NCBI GenBank assembly: GCA_039714275.1
Contig: JBDLJO010000002.1
Coordinates: 1 to 58,946 of the forward strand
DNA length: 58,946 nt
From: Chloroflexota bacterium
GTDB taxonomy: Bacteria > Chloroflexota > Anaerolineae > Anaerolineales > UBA11858
Reading direction: 5' to 3'
Shown piece by piece: positions 21,850 to 30,276 of this stretch. Positions within the stretch are counted from its first letter, which is position 1. Each line of letters starts with the position of its first letter. Under the pieces are notes generated by a model, which saw only the letters and a list, made by a program, of their open reading frames with translations, was not told the origin of the DNA and made no database searches. Both the position numbers and the translations under genes were made by a program.

Positions 21850-22869
21850 TTACTGATTTAGATTCAACGTTTTCTGCGGTTTAATGCGTTTGATTGCTCT
21901 AAAAATATCTTTCAAACTTTCTTCTTCACGGCTTAGACCATAGCCCCCAAAAATGCCCGTAACGAGGTAGTAAAAAAAATGTGCAGTAAGTGCATAAGCA
22001 AAAGCTACAGCGGTCGAAACACCCAATAAGGCCAATGCCCCCACGATCGACGCTTCATAAACACCTATAAATCCCGGCGATGAAGGTACAGCTACGCTCA
22101 ATGAGGTGGCACCCACGCTAAACGCTGCCCAGAGGAACTGTGCTGAAGGTAAAAAAGCACGTAGAATTAAATATTGGACAAAAATGTTCATTACCCAGCT
22201 AAAGCCCAGCCAAGAGATGACACGGAAAAAGCGAGAAAATGAGGTTAGTGCTGACAGTCCATCGAAAAATGCATTTAACCGGTCAGCCCCCAGTCGGTGC
22301 AACCACGGCAAACGTACTCCCCAGCGCTCAAATTGTGCTACTGCCCAGGATCGATTTAGCGCTAAAATGTATAGGATCGTTAATCCAATGATCACTATGG
22401 TCCCAACAATCAGTGCAGACTGTTGGGCATACGGAATTTCCAAGACCAACGGCAGTGTCCCCAACAGCAAACCCGCCGCAAAAGCCATATCCAAAGCGCG
22501 TTCAATCAAAATAGTAGAAAAAACACGCCAAAAACCCAGACCCCTACGCCCTAACAAATAGGCCCTCCCAAGCTCACCTAGACGGAATGGCAAGGTATTA
22601 TTTAAAAAATATCCAATATGCATGATAAGGAATACGCTGGAAAAAGAAACTTCTTCCATGAGGATTAAATGCCAGGCACGGGCTCGCAGCAAATATGCTG
22701 CCCCATAGATAAATAATGCCAATAAAAGTGTACGCCAATTAGCACCCTGAAGAGCCTCGATAACTTGCCGGGTATCAAAAAATTGAAATACAATCACCAA
22801 GGCAGCCAGGCTGATGAAAATCCCCAAAAATCCCCGCTTTTTATTATGCTGGGGTTCCGTGGAAGCCAT
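21850..22869 (-). CDS. Flippase-like membrane protein (UPF0104 / LPG-synthase-TM-type)
   Basis: 339 aa with about 8 TM helices. The overall pattern fits the MprF-flippase-domain-like family. It abuts the epimerase gene (0 nt gap) and starts 3 nt after the lepA stop. Confidence 0.55.
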   Translation of the reverse strand: MASTEPQHNKKRGFLGIFISLAALVIVFQFFDTRQVIEALQGANWRTLLLALFIYGAAYLLRARAWHLILMEEVSFSSVFLIMHIGYFLNNTLPFRLGELGRAYLLGRRGLGFWRVFSTILIERALDMAFAAGLLLGTLPLVLEIPYAQQSALIVGTIVIIGLTILYILALNRSWAVAQFERWGVRLPWLHRLGADRLNAFFDGLSALTSFSRFFRVISWLGFSWVMNIFVQYLILRAFLPSAQFLWAAFSVGATSLSVAVPSSPGFIGVYEASIVGALALLGVSTAVAFAYALTAHFFYYLVTGIFGGYGLSREEESLKDIFRAIKRIKPQKTLNLNQ

Positions 22870-22872
22870 ACT

Positions 22873-24675
22873 TCAATCGTCCCCCAAGCGAAGAACAGCC
22901 AAAAAGGCATCTTGAGGAATCTCTACATTCCCTACACTTTTCATGCGTTTCTTACCTTTCTTTTGCTTGGCTAGTAATTTCTTCTTTCGAGATACATCAC
23001 CGCCATAGCATTTTGCCAAAACATCTTTACGAAGTGCTTTGATATTGGCGCGCGATATCACCCTACCTCCTGCAGCAGCTTGAATAGGCACGGCAAATAA
23101 TTGACGGGGAATCAATTTTTTCAGCTTGGTAACAAGGGCTTGCCCTTTGTGATATGCAGAATCACGATGCACGATCATAGCAAGAGCATCGACCGGCTCT
23201 TTATTCACCAATACTTCAAGTTTAACCAAATCATCGGGCCTATATTCCAAGAATTGATAATCGAGCGATGCATAACCACGAGTACGAGATTTTAATTGAT
23301 CAAAGAAATCTACAATCAATTCTGAAAGGGGAATTTCAAAGTTGAGCTGGACACGATTGGGAGTCGGGTACTCTTGCTGCGAGAACACACCTCTTTTTTT
23401 GGTAACCAAATCCATCACAGCACCATAGTAATCTGTGGGGGTATAAACCTGAATATTCATCCAAGGCTCGCGTACTTCGTCCGTATCACCCTCATCTGGA
23501 AGGACAGCCGGGGAATCGATGCGCACAATTTCTCCATCGCGCAATAAAATTTCATATTCAACGGATGGGGCGGTGAATATAACATCGAGATCATATTCAC
23601 GCTCGATTCGTTCCTGAATAATTTCCATGTGGAACATACCCAAGAAGCCACAGCGGAAGCCGAAATTTAGAGCCTGTGAGGTTTCCGGTTGATAGATCAG
23701 GGAAGCATCATTAAGCTGAAGTTTTTCTAGTGCATCCCTGAGATCATCGTAATCTTCACCTTCAACAGGATAAACCCCAGCGAAGACCATCGGCTTAGCA
23801 GGTTTATAGCCGGGCAAGGGATCAGATGTTGGGTTATTTGTAAGGGTAAACGTATCACCAACCCGGCATTCATGAACAGTTTTCAAACCTGTAGCAATAT
23901 AACCAACTTCCCCAGCAGCCAACATTTTGGTTGTTTTCATGGCAGGGGCAAATAGGCCAATTTCTACAGGGCGTAGGTCAGCGCCTGTAGCCATTAATTG
24001 CAGATTATCCGTTGAACCTATCTGACCATCAAATACACGAACGTAGGCGACTACCCCTTTATAAGAGTCATAGTGCGAGTCAAAAATTAAAGCGCGCAGC
24101 GGTGCAGCAAAATCACCTTTTGGTGGCGGCACTTTCTCAACGACAACATCCAATACGGCATCCATGTTAATGCCGTCTTTGGCAGAAATACGCAAAATCT
24201 CATCAGCCGGTGTTCCCAGCAAGCTGCTGATTTCTTCGGCAATCTCATCTGGCCGGGCGGACATCAAATCAATTTTATTGATTACGGGAATAATCTCGAG
24301 ATCAGCTTCGAGTGCTAAATAAAGGTTAGCCAACGTTTGGGCTTCCATACCCTGAGAGGCATCCACAACCAACAGCGCACCTTCACAGGCATATAAAGCA
24401 CGACTGACTTCGTAACCAAAATCCACATGGCCAGGAGTATCGATCAAATTAAGTGCGTAAGTCAATCCATCTGGGGCGTCATAATCCATGCGTACGGCAG
24501 AGGCTTTGATCGTAACGCCCTTTTCACGCTCCAGATCCATCGTGTCTAGAACTTGCTCGGTCATTTCCCTATCAGAGATCGTATCGGTAATTTGCAGTAA
24601 GCGATCTGCCAGCGTAGATTTACCGTGATCGATATGAGCGATAATACAGAAATTTCGGATTTGATTGAGATTCAT
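22873..24675 (-). CDS. lepA: Elongation factor 4
   Basis: 600 aa. IRNFCIIAHIDHGKSTLADRLL, DTPGHVDF, NKIDL, and the typical LepA C-terminus. Confidence 0.95.
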   Translation of the reverse strand: MNLNQIRNFCIIAHIDHGKSTLADRLLQITDTISDREMTEQVLDTMDLEREKGVTIKASAVRMDYDAPDGLTYALNLIDTPGHVDFGYEVSRALYACEGALLVVDASQGMEAQTLANLYLALEADLEIIPVINKIDLMSARPDEIAEEISSLLGTPADEILRISAKDGINMDAVLDVVVEKVPPPKGDFAAPLRALIFDSHYDSYKGVVAYVRVFDGQIGSTDNLQLMATGADLRPVEIGLFAPAMKTTKMLAAGEVGYIATGLKTVHECRVGDTFTLTNNPTSDPLPGYKPAKPMVFAGVYPVEGEDYDDLRDALEKLQLNDASLIYQPETSQALNFGFRCGFLGMFHMEIIQERIEREYDLDVIFTAPSVEYEILLRDGEIVRIDSPAVLPDEGDTDEVREPWMNIQVYTPTDYYGAVMDLVTKKRGVFSQQEYPTPNRVQLNFEIPLSELIVDFFDQLKSRTRGYASLDYQFLEYRPDDLVKLEVLVNKEPVDALAMIVHRDSAYHKGQALVTKLKKLIPRQLFAVPIQAAAGGRVISRANIKALRKDVLAKCYGGDVSRKKKLLAKQKKGKKRMKSVGNVEIPQDAFLAVLRLGDD

Positions 24676-24741
24676 AGCGGGGGAAGTATACCCGATTTTG
24701 GGTATTTTAAGGATTGAGGATTAGCAACAAAAACTAGGAGA

Positions 24742-25989
24742 TCAAAGCGAATCTGATGGTTTTTCTTGGACGCGGACAAAACTAAAGAGCAGCAGTACAC
24801 AAAAACCCAAGATAGCCAGAGCAGCGCCGATACCCAAGTGATCGGCTAAACCACCAAGGATAGGGGCAAATACTACTGTTAATAACGTTGTCAATTGTGA
24901 TTCTACAGAAAGGCCCGACGCCATGACATGGTGAGAGATTTGATCACTGATGAAGGCTACATTCATCGGACGGCGCAAATTATGTAATATATAAAAGCCT
25001 AAGAAAATAATAATGGAAAAAATTATTAGCTGCAACCAGGTCACAAAACCAGCAATAAAAAGCAACCCCACGCCCAATAAGAACGTTATATTGATCGCTC
25101 TCCCCAAGCTGGAGAATCGTTGAGAAAAACCCGCTGCTTTACGAGAAGCATAACTGGTGAAAAGATAGATTACAAAATAAATAATGCCAATTACAACTGC
25201 ACTGCGTTTTTTATCCGTTAACCACAAAAAGAACGGTAAGGATAAAGCAAAACTCTCTAAAATAGGCTGAAGGTAATCTTTGGTAGTCTTAAAGAGGGCA
25301 CCGAATGAAGCGCTGTTGGCAACAGATCGTAAGGCTGCCCCATCAGAAAACATGGTGGTGAAATCTTGAAGTGTAACTCTTAACCGCTCAAAGAGCGTTT
25401 CTTTGGTTACCTTCATCAAGGTGCCATCCAATTCTGAGGGATATGTCATCAAGTTAAACAAATCTAGAACGTAAGGTACAACTGCAGCAAGAAACATAAT
25501 GCGATAACTACCAGTATAAAAGACCAATACAGCAGCGATAAGGGCATTGATCGCAGAACCAAATTGCGAAGCTGATCGAGTACGTCCGTAATAAGCAACC
25601 TTCATATCCCCCATATTTTGGATATTGAGGTATTCCAAGATCAAGGCTTTATGCGTCCCAGATCGGAAAGCCTCTCCAAGACCAAAGAGCAGCATAGCGC
25701 CAGCAAAGGCATAGAAATCGCTCAACAAATAGAATATAAAAAAGGAAGCAATATAGGCCAGGAAAGCCATTATCATTGATTTTCTGCGCCCAAAAGCATC
25801 GGCAAAAATGCCAGTTGGGATTTCGAAGATATTGGTCGCCAAATCGCGGATTGCGTAAAGCAGGCCTATCTGAAAAAATGTCAGACCACTCTCAAGGAAT
25901 ATCAGGACAATAAATGGATCAAAAAATCGCAGGTTCTTTAGAAAACCATAAAGTGAAAAACGGAAGAGCATCTGGTCATTTTTTATCAC
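24742..25989 (-). CDS. MFS transporter
   Basis: 415 aa with about 12 TM helices. MFS loop motif GIFADAFGRRKS. Confidence 0.75.
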   Translation of the reverse strand: MIKNDQMLFRFSLYGFLKNLRFFDPFIVLIFLESGLTFFQIGLLYAIRDLATNIFEIPTGIFADAFGRRKSMIMAFLAYIASFFIFYLLSDFYAFAGAMLLFGLGEAFRSGTHKALILEYLNIQNMGDMKVAYYGRTRSASQFGSAINALIAAVLVFYTGSYRIMFLAAVVPYVLDLFNLMTYPSELDGTLMKVTKETLFERLRVTLQDFTTMFSDGAALRSVANSASFGALFKTTKDYLQPILESFALSLPFFLWLTDKKRSAVVIGIIYFVIYLFTSYASRKAAGFSQRFSSLGRAINITFLLGVGLLFIAGFVTWLQLIIFSIIIFLGFYILHNLRRPMNVAFISDQISHHVMASGLSVESQLTTLLTVVFAPILGGLADHLGIGAALAILGFCVLLLFSFVRVQEKPSDSL

Positions 25990-26003
25990 AAATTACCCTC
26001 TTT

Positions 26004-26798
26004 TTATTCAAGATCCAGAATGTTATTAATGCGGATGGTCAATGCATTTCCCTGTAGAGCGACATGATCCATATTCTGGGTCAACCAGACCAGAAATTCT
26101 GTATTCCCCTTGGGGCCAAGAACGGGGGAGCGAATCAAACCCTGCACACCGAATTCTTCTTGCTCCATAAATGAAAGCAGATCCATTAATACTGACCGGT
26201 GAATTTCAGGGTGTCGTACAACGCCCTTACCGCGGGCTACTTCCTGTCGTCCAGCTTCAAACTGGGGTTTTATCAAGGCGACAATCTGACTCAATTGCCC
26301 CCACCCCTTGATAACAGGCAAGAGTGTTTTTAGCGATATAAAAGATGCATCTATGGTTATAAAATCAATCGGTTCAGGGAGCATTTCGACATAACGGGCG
26401 TTGGTTTTTTCCATCACGACGACACGAGGATGTTTGCGCATTTTCCAATGTAAAATTCCATGCCCAACATCAACCGCGTAAACTTTAGCCGCGCCATGCT
26501 GTAAAAGGCAATCTGTGAAGCCTCCAGTTGAAGCGCCGACATCGGCACAAGTCAGTCCCACTACATCAAGATGGAAATTTTCAAATGCCGCTTCGAGTTT
26601 ATCGCCGCCGCGGGAGACAAATCGTGGTCCGTGGTCGATAGTTAATTTTGAATTAATATCCACTTTTGTAGCAGGCTTGGGAACCAACTGACCATTGGCG
26701 CGTACCTGACCGGCCATTACAAGCCGCTGCGCCATCGATCGACTTTCTACCAAACCGCTTTCAAACAGCAAAATGTCGACACGATTTTTTTTAACCAT
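26004..26798 (-). CDS. tlyA: TlyA-family rRNA 2'-O-methyltransferase
   Basis: 264 aa. N-terminal S4-like RVDILLFESGLVESRSMAQRLV, FVSRGGDKLEAAF, and SAM-binding DVGASTGGFTD. Confidence 0.85.
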   Translation of the reverse strand: MVKKNRVDILLFESGLVESRSMAQRLVMAGQVRANGQLVPKPATKVDINSKLTIDHGPRFVSRGGDKLEAAFENFHLDVVGLTCADVGASTGGFTDCLLQHGAAKVYAVDVGHGILHWKMRKHPRVVVMEKTNARYVEMLPEPIDFITIDASFISLKTLLPVIKGWGQLSQIVALIKPQFEAGRQEVARGKGVVRHPEIHRSVLMDLLSFMEQEEFGVQGLIRSPVLGPKGNTEFLVWLTQNMDHVALQGNALTIRINNILDLE

Positions 26799-26844
26799 GG
26801 AGATATTGTAGCATGGCAGCAGATACAGGGAAACGATTGACGAA

Positions 26845-27741
26845 TTGCCCCTTCCCTACTATCATGTTCATATGATTGCCTCACTGATAAAAACAATGCG
26901 CCCAAAACAATGGGTAAAAAATATTCTCATCTTCGCGGCTTTAATCTTTGACCGAAAACTGACCAATTTGCCCGCATTCCTGCACAGCCTGGCGGGATTT
27001 GTGATCTTCAGTCTATTTGCCAGCGTTGTTTATATCATCAACGATATCACTGATATCGAAGCCGACCAACAGCACCCGCAGAAATGTTACCGACCGATAG
27101 CGGCCGGGAAGATCTCAATTCAAGCAGCCGCTGTGAGCGCCATTATACTTCTGATAATCGCAACCATATCCGCTTTTTGGCTCTCACCAACCTTTGCGAT
27201 AATCAACATTTGTTACTTAATACTTAATATCAGCTATTCTAAATGGCTTAAGCATATATTACTGGTCGATATTATCACCTTAGCTTCTTTTTACGTCCTG
27301 CGGGTTGTAGCAGGTGTAGCACTGATACAAATTGAACGATTTTCTCCGTGGCTTTATATCGTGATGACCTTCCTGGCACTTTTCATCGGGGCTGGAAAAC
27401 GAAGAACTGAGTTGTTCTTACTTTCTGATAAAGCGAATACTCACCGCCGCACTCTTGAAGGGTATACCTTACATTTCCTAGATGAAATCATCACATCAAC
27501 TGCCAGTATTACGATCATCTCTTATAGTCTGTACACTTTCTTCGCTCCTAATTTACCCGAGAATAATCTAATGATGCTATCGATCCCGTTTGTAGTTTAT
27601 AGTATCTACCGTTATCAATTTCTTGTTCAAGCTAAAAATGTCGGCGATGCGCCGGAAGATGTACTGCTTTCGGATAAACCCATCCAAATGGCGATCATAA
27701 TTTATGGATTGGCTGTACTAACTATCTTTTATATTTATTAA
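26845..27741 (+). CDS. UbiA-superfamily prenyltransferase, decaprenyl-phosphate phosphoribosyltransferase-like
   Basis: 298 aa (TTG start), polytopic. NDITDIEADQQHPQKCYRPIAAG matches the NDxxDxxxD...HPxK..RPIAxG pattern I associate with the Rv3806c (DPPR synthase) subfamily. Confidence 0.7.
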   Translation: MPLPYYHVHMIASLIKTMRPKQWVKNILIFAALIFDRKLTNLPAFLHSLAGFVIFSLFASVVYIINDITDIEADQQHPQKCYRPIAAGKISIQAAAVSAIILLIIATISAFWLSPTFAIINICYLILNISYSKWLKHILLVDIITLASFYVLRVVAGVALIQIERFSPWLYIVMTFLALFIGAGKRRTELFLLSDKANTHRRTLEGYTLHFLDEIITSTASITIISYSLYTFFAPNLPENNLMMLSIPFVVYSIYRYQFLVQAKNVGDAPEDVLLSDKPIQMAIIIYGLAVLTIFYIY

Positions 27742-27746
27742 ATCCC

Positions 27747-28712
27747 GTGCCTGCATTTACTGCCACTGCACCTGGAAAAATTATTTTGTTCGGCGAACAC
27801 TCGGTTGTCTATGGGCAGCCGGCTATCGCAGTACCTGTTACCCAGGTACAGGTGAAAGCCACCATTCATGCAGATGTCTTGGGAATGACAGGTAGTGTTC
27901 ACATTCTGGCACCTGAGGTGAATCTTGATAGTCATTGGGATGCGCTGGATCCAATGCATCCCATTGCTTCTGCGATAGAAAATGTGGTTAGAGTCCTTGA
28001 GGTTACACATATCCCGGCCTGCACCCTCAAGCTAAAATCCAGCATCCCGATCGCAGGAGGTTTAGGTTCAGGTGCGGCAGTTTCTGTAGCGGTCATACGG
28101 GCGCTGTCCACATTTTTAGGCACTCCCCTGGACAAAGAGCAAATTAACAAGATCGCTTATAAAATTGAAAAGATTCACCATGGAACACCTTCAGGGATTG
28201 ACAACACGGTAATAACCTATGCCAAACCGGTGTATTTTGTACAGCAGCAACCTATCGAGACCTTAAACATTGGCAAATCTTTTACGATCATCATTGCTGA
28301 TACGGGAATTGCAAGCCCGACTTCTTTAACCGTTGGCGATGTGAAAAAGTCCTGGGATGCCAATCCTGTTCATTATGAACGCTTATTCAGCGCCGTGGGA
28401 AGCATTACCCGCACAGCCCGGGGTGCCATTGAAAGTGGAACTCCTGAACGACTCGGACCATTGATGAATGAGAATCACGAACTGCTTAACGAGATGGGTG
28501 TTTCTTCACCCGAATTGGAATACCTGGTTAATGCTGCCAGGAAAGCTGGTGCACTTGGAGCCAAACTATCTGGCGGCGGACGGGGCGGCAATATGATTGC
28601 GCTGGTCGATGCTGAAGAAGCAGAGAGAATCTCACAAGCTTTACAAAAAGCAGGTGCAGTAAAAACGATTATTACAGAAATAAATTCAAGGGATATGGAA
28701 TTATCTAGTTAA
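27747..28712 (+). CDS. mvk: Mevalonate kinase (GHMP kinase)
   Basis: 321 aa (GTG start). APGKIILFGEHSVVYGQPAIAVPV and the GHMP motif PIAGGLGSGAAVSVA. Confidence 0.85.
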   Translation: MPAFTATAPGKIILFGEHSVVYGQPAIAVPVTQVQVKATIHADVLGMTGSVHILAPEVNLDSHWDALDPMHPIASAIENVVRVLEVTHIPACTLKLKSSIPIAGGLGSGAAVSVAVIRALSTFLGTPLDKEQINKIAYKIEKIHHGTPSGIDNTVITYAKPVYFVQQQPIETLNIGKSFTIIIADTGIASPTSLTVGDVKKSWDANPVHYERLFSAVGSITRTARGAIESGTPERLGPLMNENHELLNEMGVSSPELEYLVNAARKAGALGAKLSGGGRGGNMIALVDAEEAERISQALQKAGAVKTIITEINSRDMELSS

Positions 28713-28743
28713 ATTATTCACCCCTGACCCTTGGGCAATATTA

Positions 28744-29412
28744 TTGAATAATAATGGAAAATCGATCATGTCCATCCTGACACTTACAATTCTGATCATA
28801 ATTTCCGCTTCGATCCATATCTGGGGAGAATACAACGGTCCGGATTTGTTAATCTATGTCTTTAAACCGCTAACCACGCTATTGATTATCACTACAGCCG
28901 TATTAGAAAAGAAATCGATCATCAAATCCTATAAGGCTCTGGTAATTATCGGGTTGATCTTTTCCTTGGGCGGCGACATTCTGCTCATGCTGCCCTATGA
29001 TCTCTTTGTATTTGGTCTGATCAGTTTTTTGATCGCCCAATTAATTTATATATATGCCTTTAGCAGGGAAAATCCCTGGCAGCTATCATGGTTACCCATA
29101 TTTACAGCTATTGTCTATGGTGTTGGCATTTATTTTATATTAGCTCCTGGGCTTGGAGACTTGAGATTTCCGGTCGCTATTTATTTGTTGGTTATCCAAA
29201 CTATGGGCTACACGGCCTGGAATCAATGGAATCAAACTCGCAGTCACTGGGCACTTATGGCATTTATCGGCGCGTTAATCTTTATTTTCTCTGATAGTAT
29301 TCTGGCAGTTAACAAATTCTCCCAACCCTTTGCTGCTGCCCGTGGGCTAACACTGACGACCTATTTCACAGCCCAATGGTTGATTGCCCGATCTATTGGT
29401 CGGAAGTTATGA
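28744..29412 (+). CDS. YhhN-family membrane protein (lysoplasmalogenase-like)
   Basis: 222 aa with about 7 TM helices. VFKPLTT, GLIFSLGGDILL and GALIFIFSDSILAVNKF are YhhN-type motifs. An alternative ATG start lies at 28768. Confidence 0.7.
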   Translation: MNNNGKSIMSILTLTILIIISASIHIWGEYNGPDLLIYVFKPLTTLLIITTAVLEKKSIIKSYKALVIIGLIFSLGGDILLMLPYDLFVFGLISFLIAQLIYIYAFSRENPWQLSWLPIFTAIVYGVGIYFILAPGLGDLRFPVAIYLLVIQTMGYTAWNQWNQTRSHWALMAFIGALIFIFSDSILAVNKFSQPFAAARGLTLTTYFTAQWLIARSIGRKL

Positions 29413-30212
29413 AAGAAAAAACAATTTTTCTAAAACTAGGGGGATCCCTAATTACCGATAAAACCCAGGCTTACACTTCCCGCCTGGATGTAATTACTCG
29501 CCTTGCAGATGAAATTCAATCCGTGTTAACAAAATTGACTGATTCCAGATTGGTACTTGGACACGGTTCGGGATCATTTGGGCACATAACAGCAAAAAAA
29601 CATGGTACCCGACAAGGCGTATCATCCGCTGTGGATTGGCACGGATTTACGGAAGTGGGCTATCAAGCTGCAGCACTAAATCAGGTGGTGATGGGAGCTT
29701 TACAAAGGGCAAAACTTCCAGCACTAACCTTCCCTCCATCAGGGTCGGTAATAACTCAAAATGGCGAAGTTAATTCTTGGAATTTGAATCCAATTAAAAA
29801 AGCTTTGGAAGCAGGTCTCATCCCTGTAGTATATGGGGATGTGGTATTCGATACGCAACTTGGGGGAACAATTCTATCCACTGAAGATATTTTCACATAT
29901 CTGGCAAAGGAATTAGACCCCCAACGCATTCTATTGGCGGGTATTGATGATGGTGTTTGGGCAGATTACCCGCAATGTACGGAGATCGTTCCCCGTATTA
30001 CGCCCGAAAACTGGAGCAGTTTAGCACCATCCATTAGGGGTTCTGCTGCTACAGATGTTACTGGCGGGATGGCTACTAAAGTACGGCAGATGATAAATTT
30101 GATTCATGAAATACCCTCCTTAGAGGTAATTATTTTTAATGGCGAACAACCAGGGAATATTGGCGCAGTGCTAAGCGGAAAATCCCTGGGTACACAACTG
30201 TACCAACCATAA
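29409..30212 (+). CDS. Isopentenyl phosphate kinase (amino-acid-kinase fold)
   Basis: FLKLGGSLITDK and GHGSGSFGH motifs. ATG 29409 overlaps the upstream stop (ATGA). The ORF-track start at 29376 looks like an artefactual extension. Confidence 0.75.
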   Translation: MKEKTIFLKLGGSLITDKTQAYTSRLDVITRLADEIQSVLTKLTDSRLVLGHGSGSFGHITAKKHGTRQGVSSAVDWHGFTEVGYQAAALNQVVMGALQRAKLPALTFPPSGSVITQNGEVNSWNLNPIKKALEAGLIPVVYGDVVFDTQLGGTILSTEDIFTYLAKELDPQRILLAGIDDGVWADYPQCTEIVPRITPENWSSLAPSIRGSAATDVTGGMATKVRQMINLIHEIPSLEVIIFNGEQPGNIGAVLSGKSLGTQLYQP

Positions 30213-30276
30213 AGAGCTGTTTTAATTATCGTTATAATAGGGAAAATTAACCAAGAACCTGAAATCTAAAAATAAT

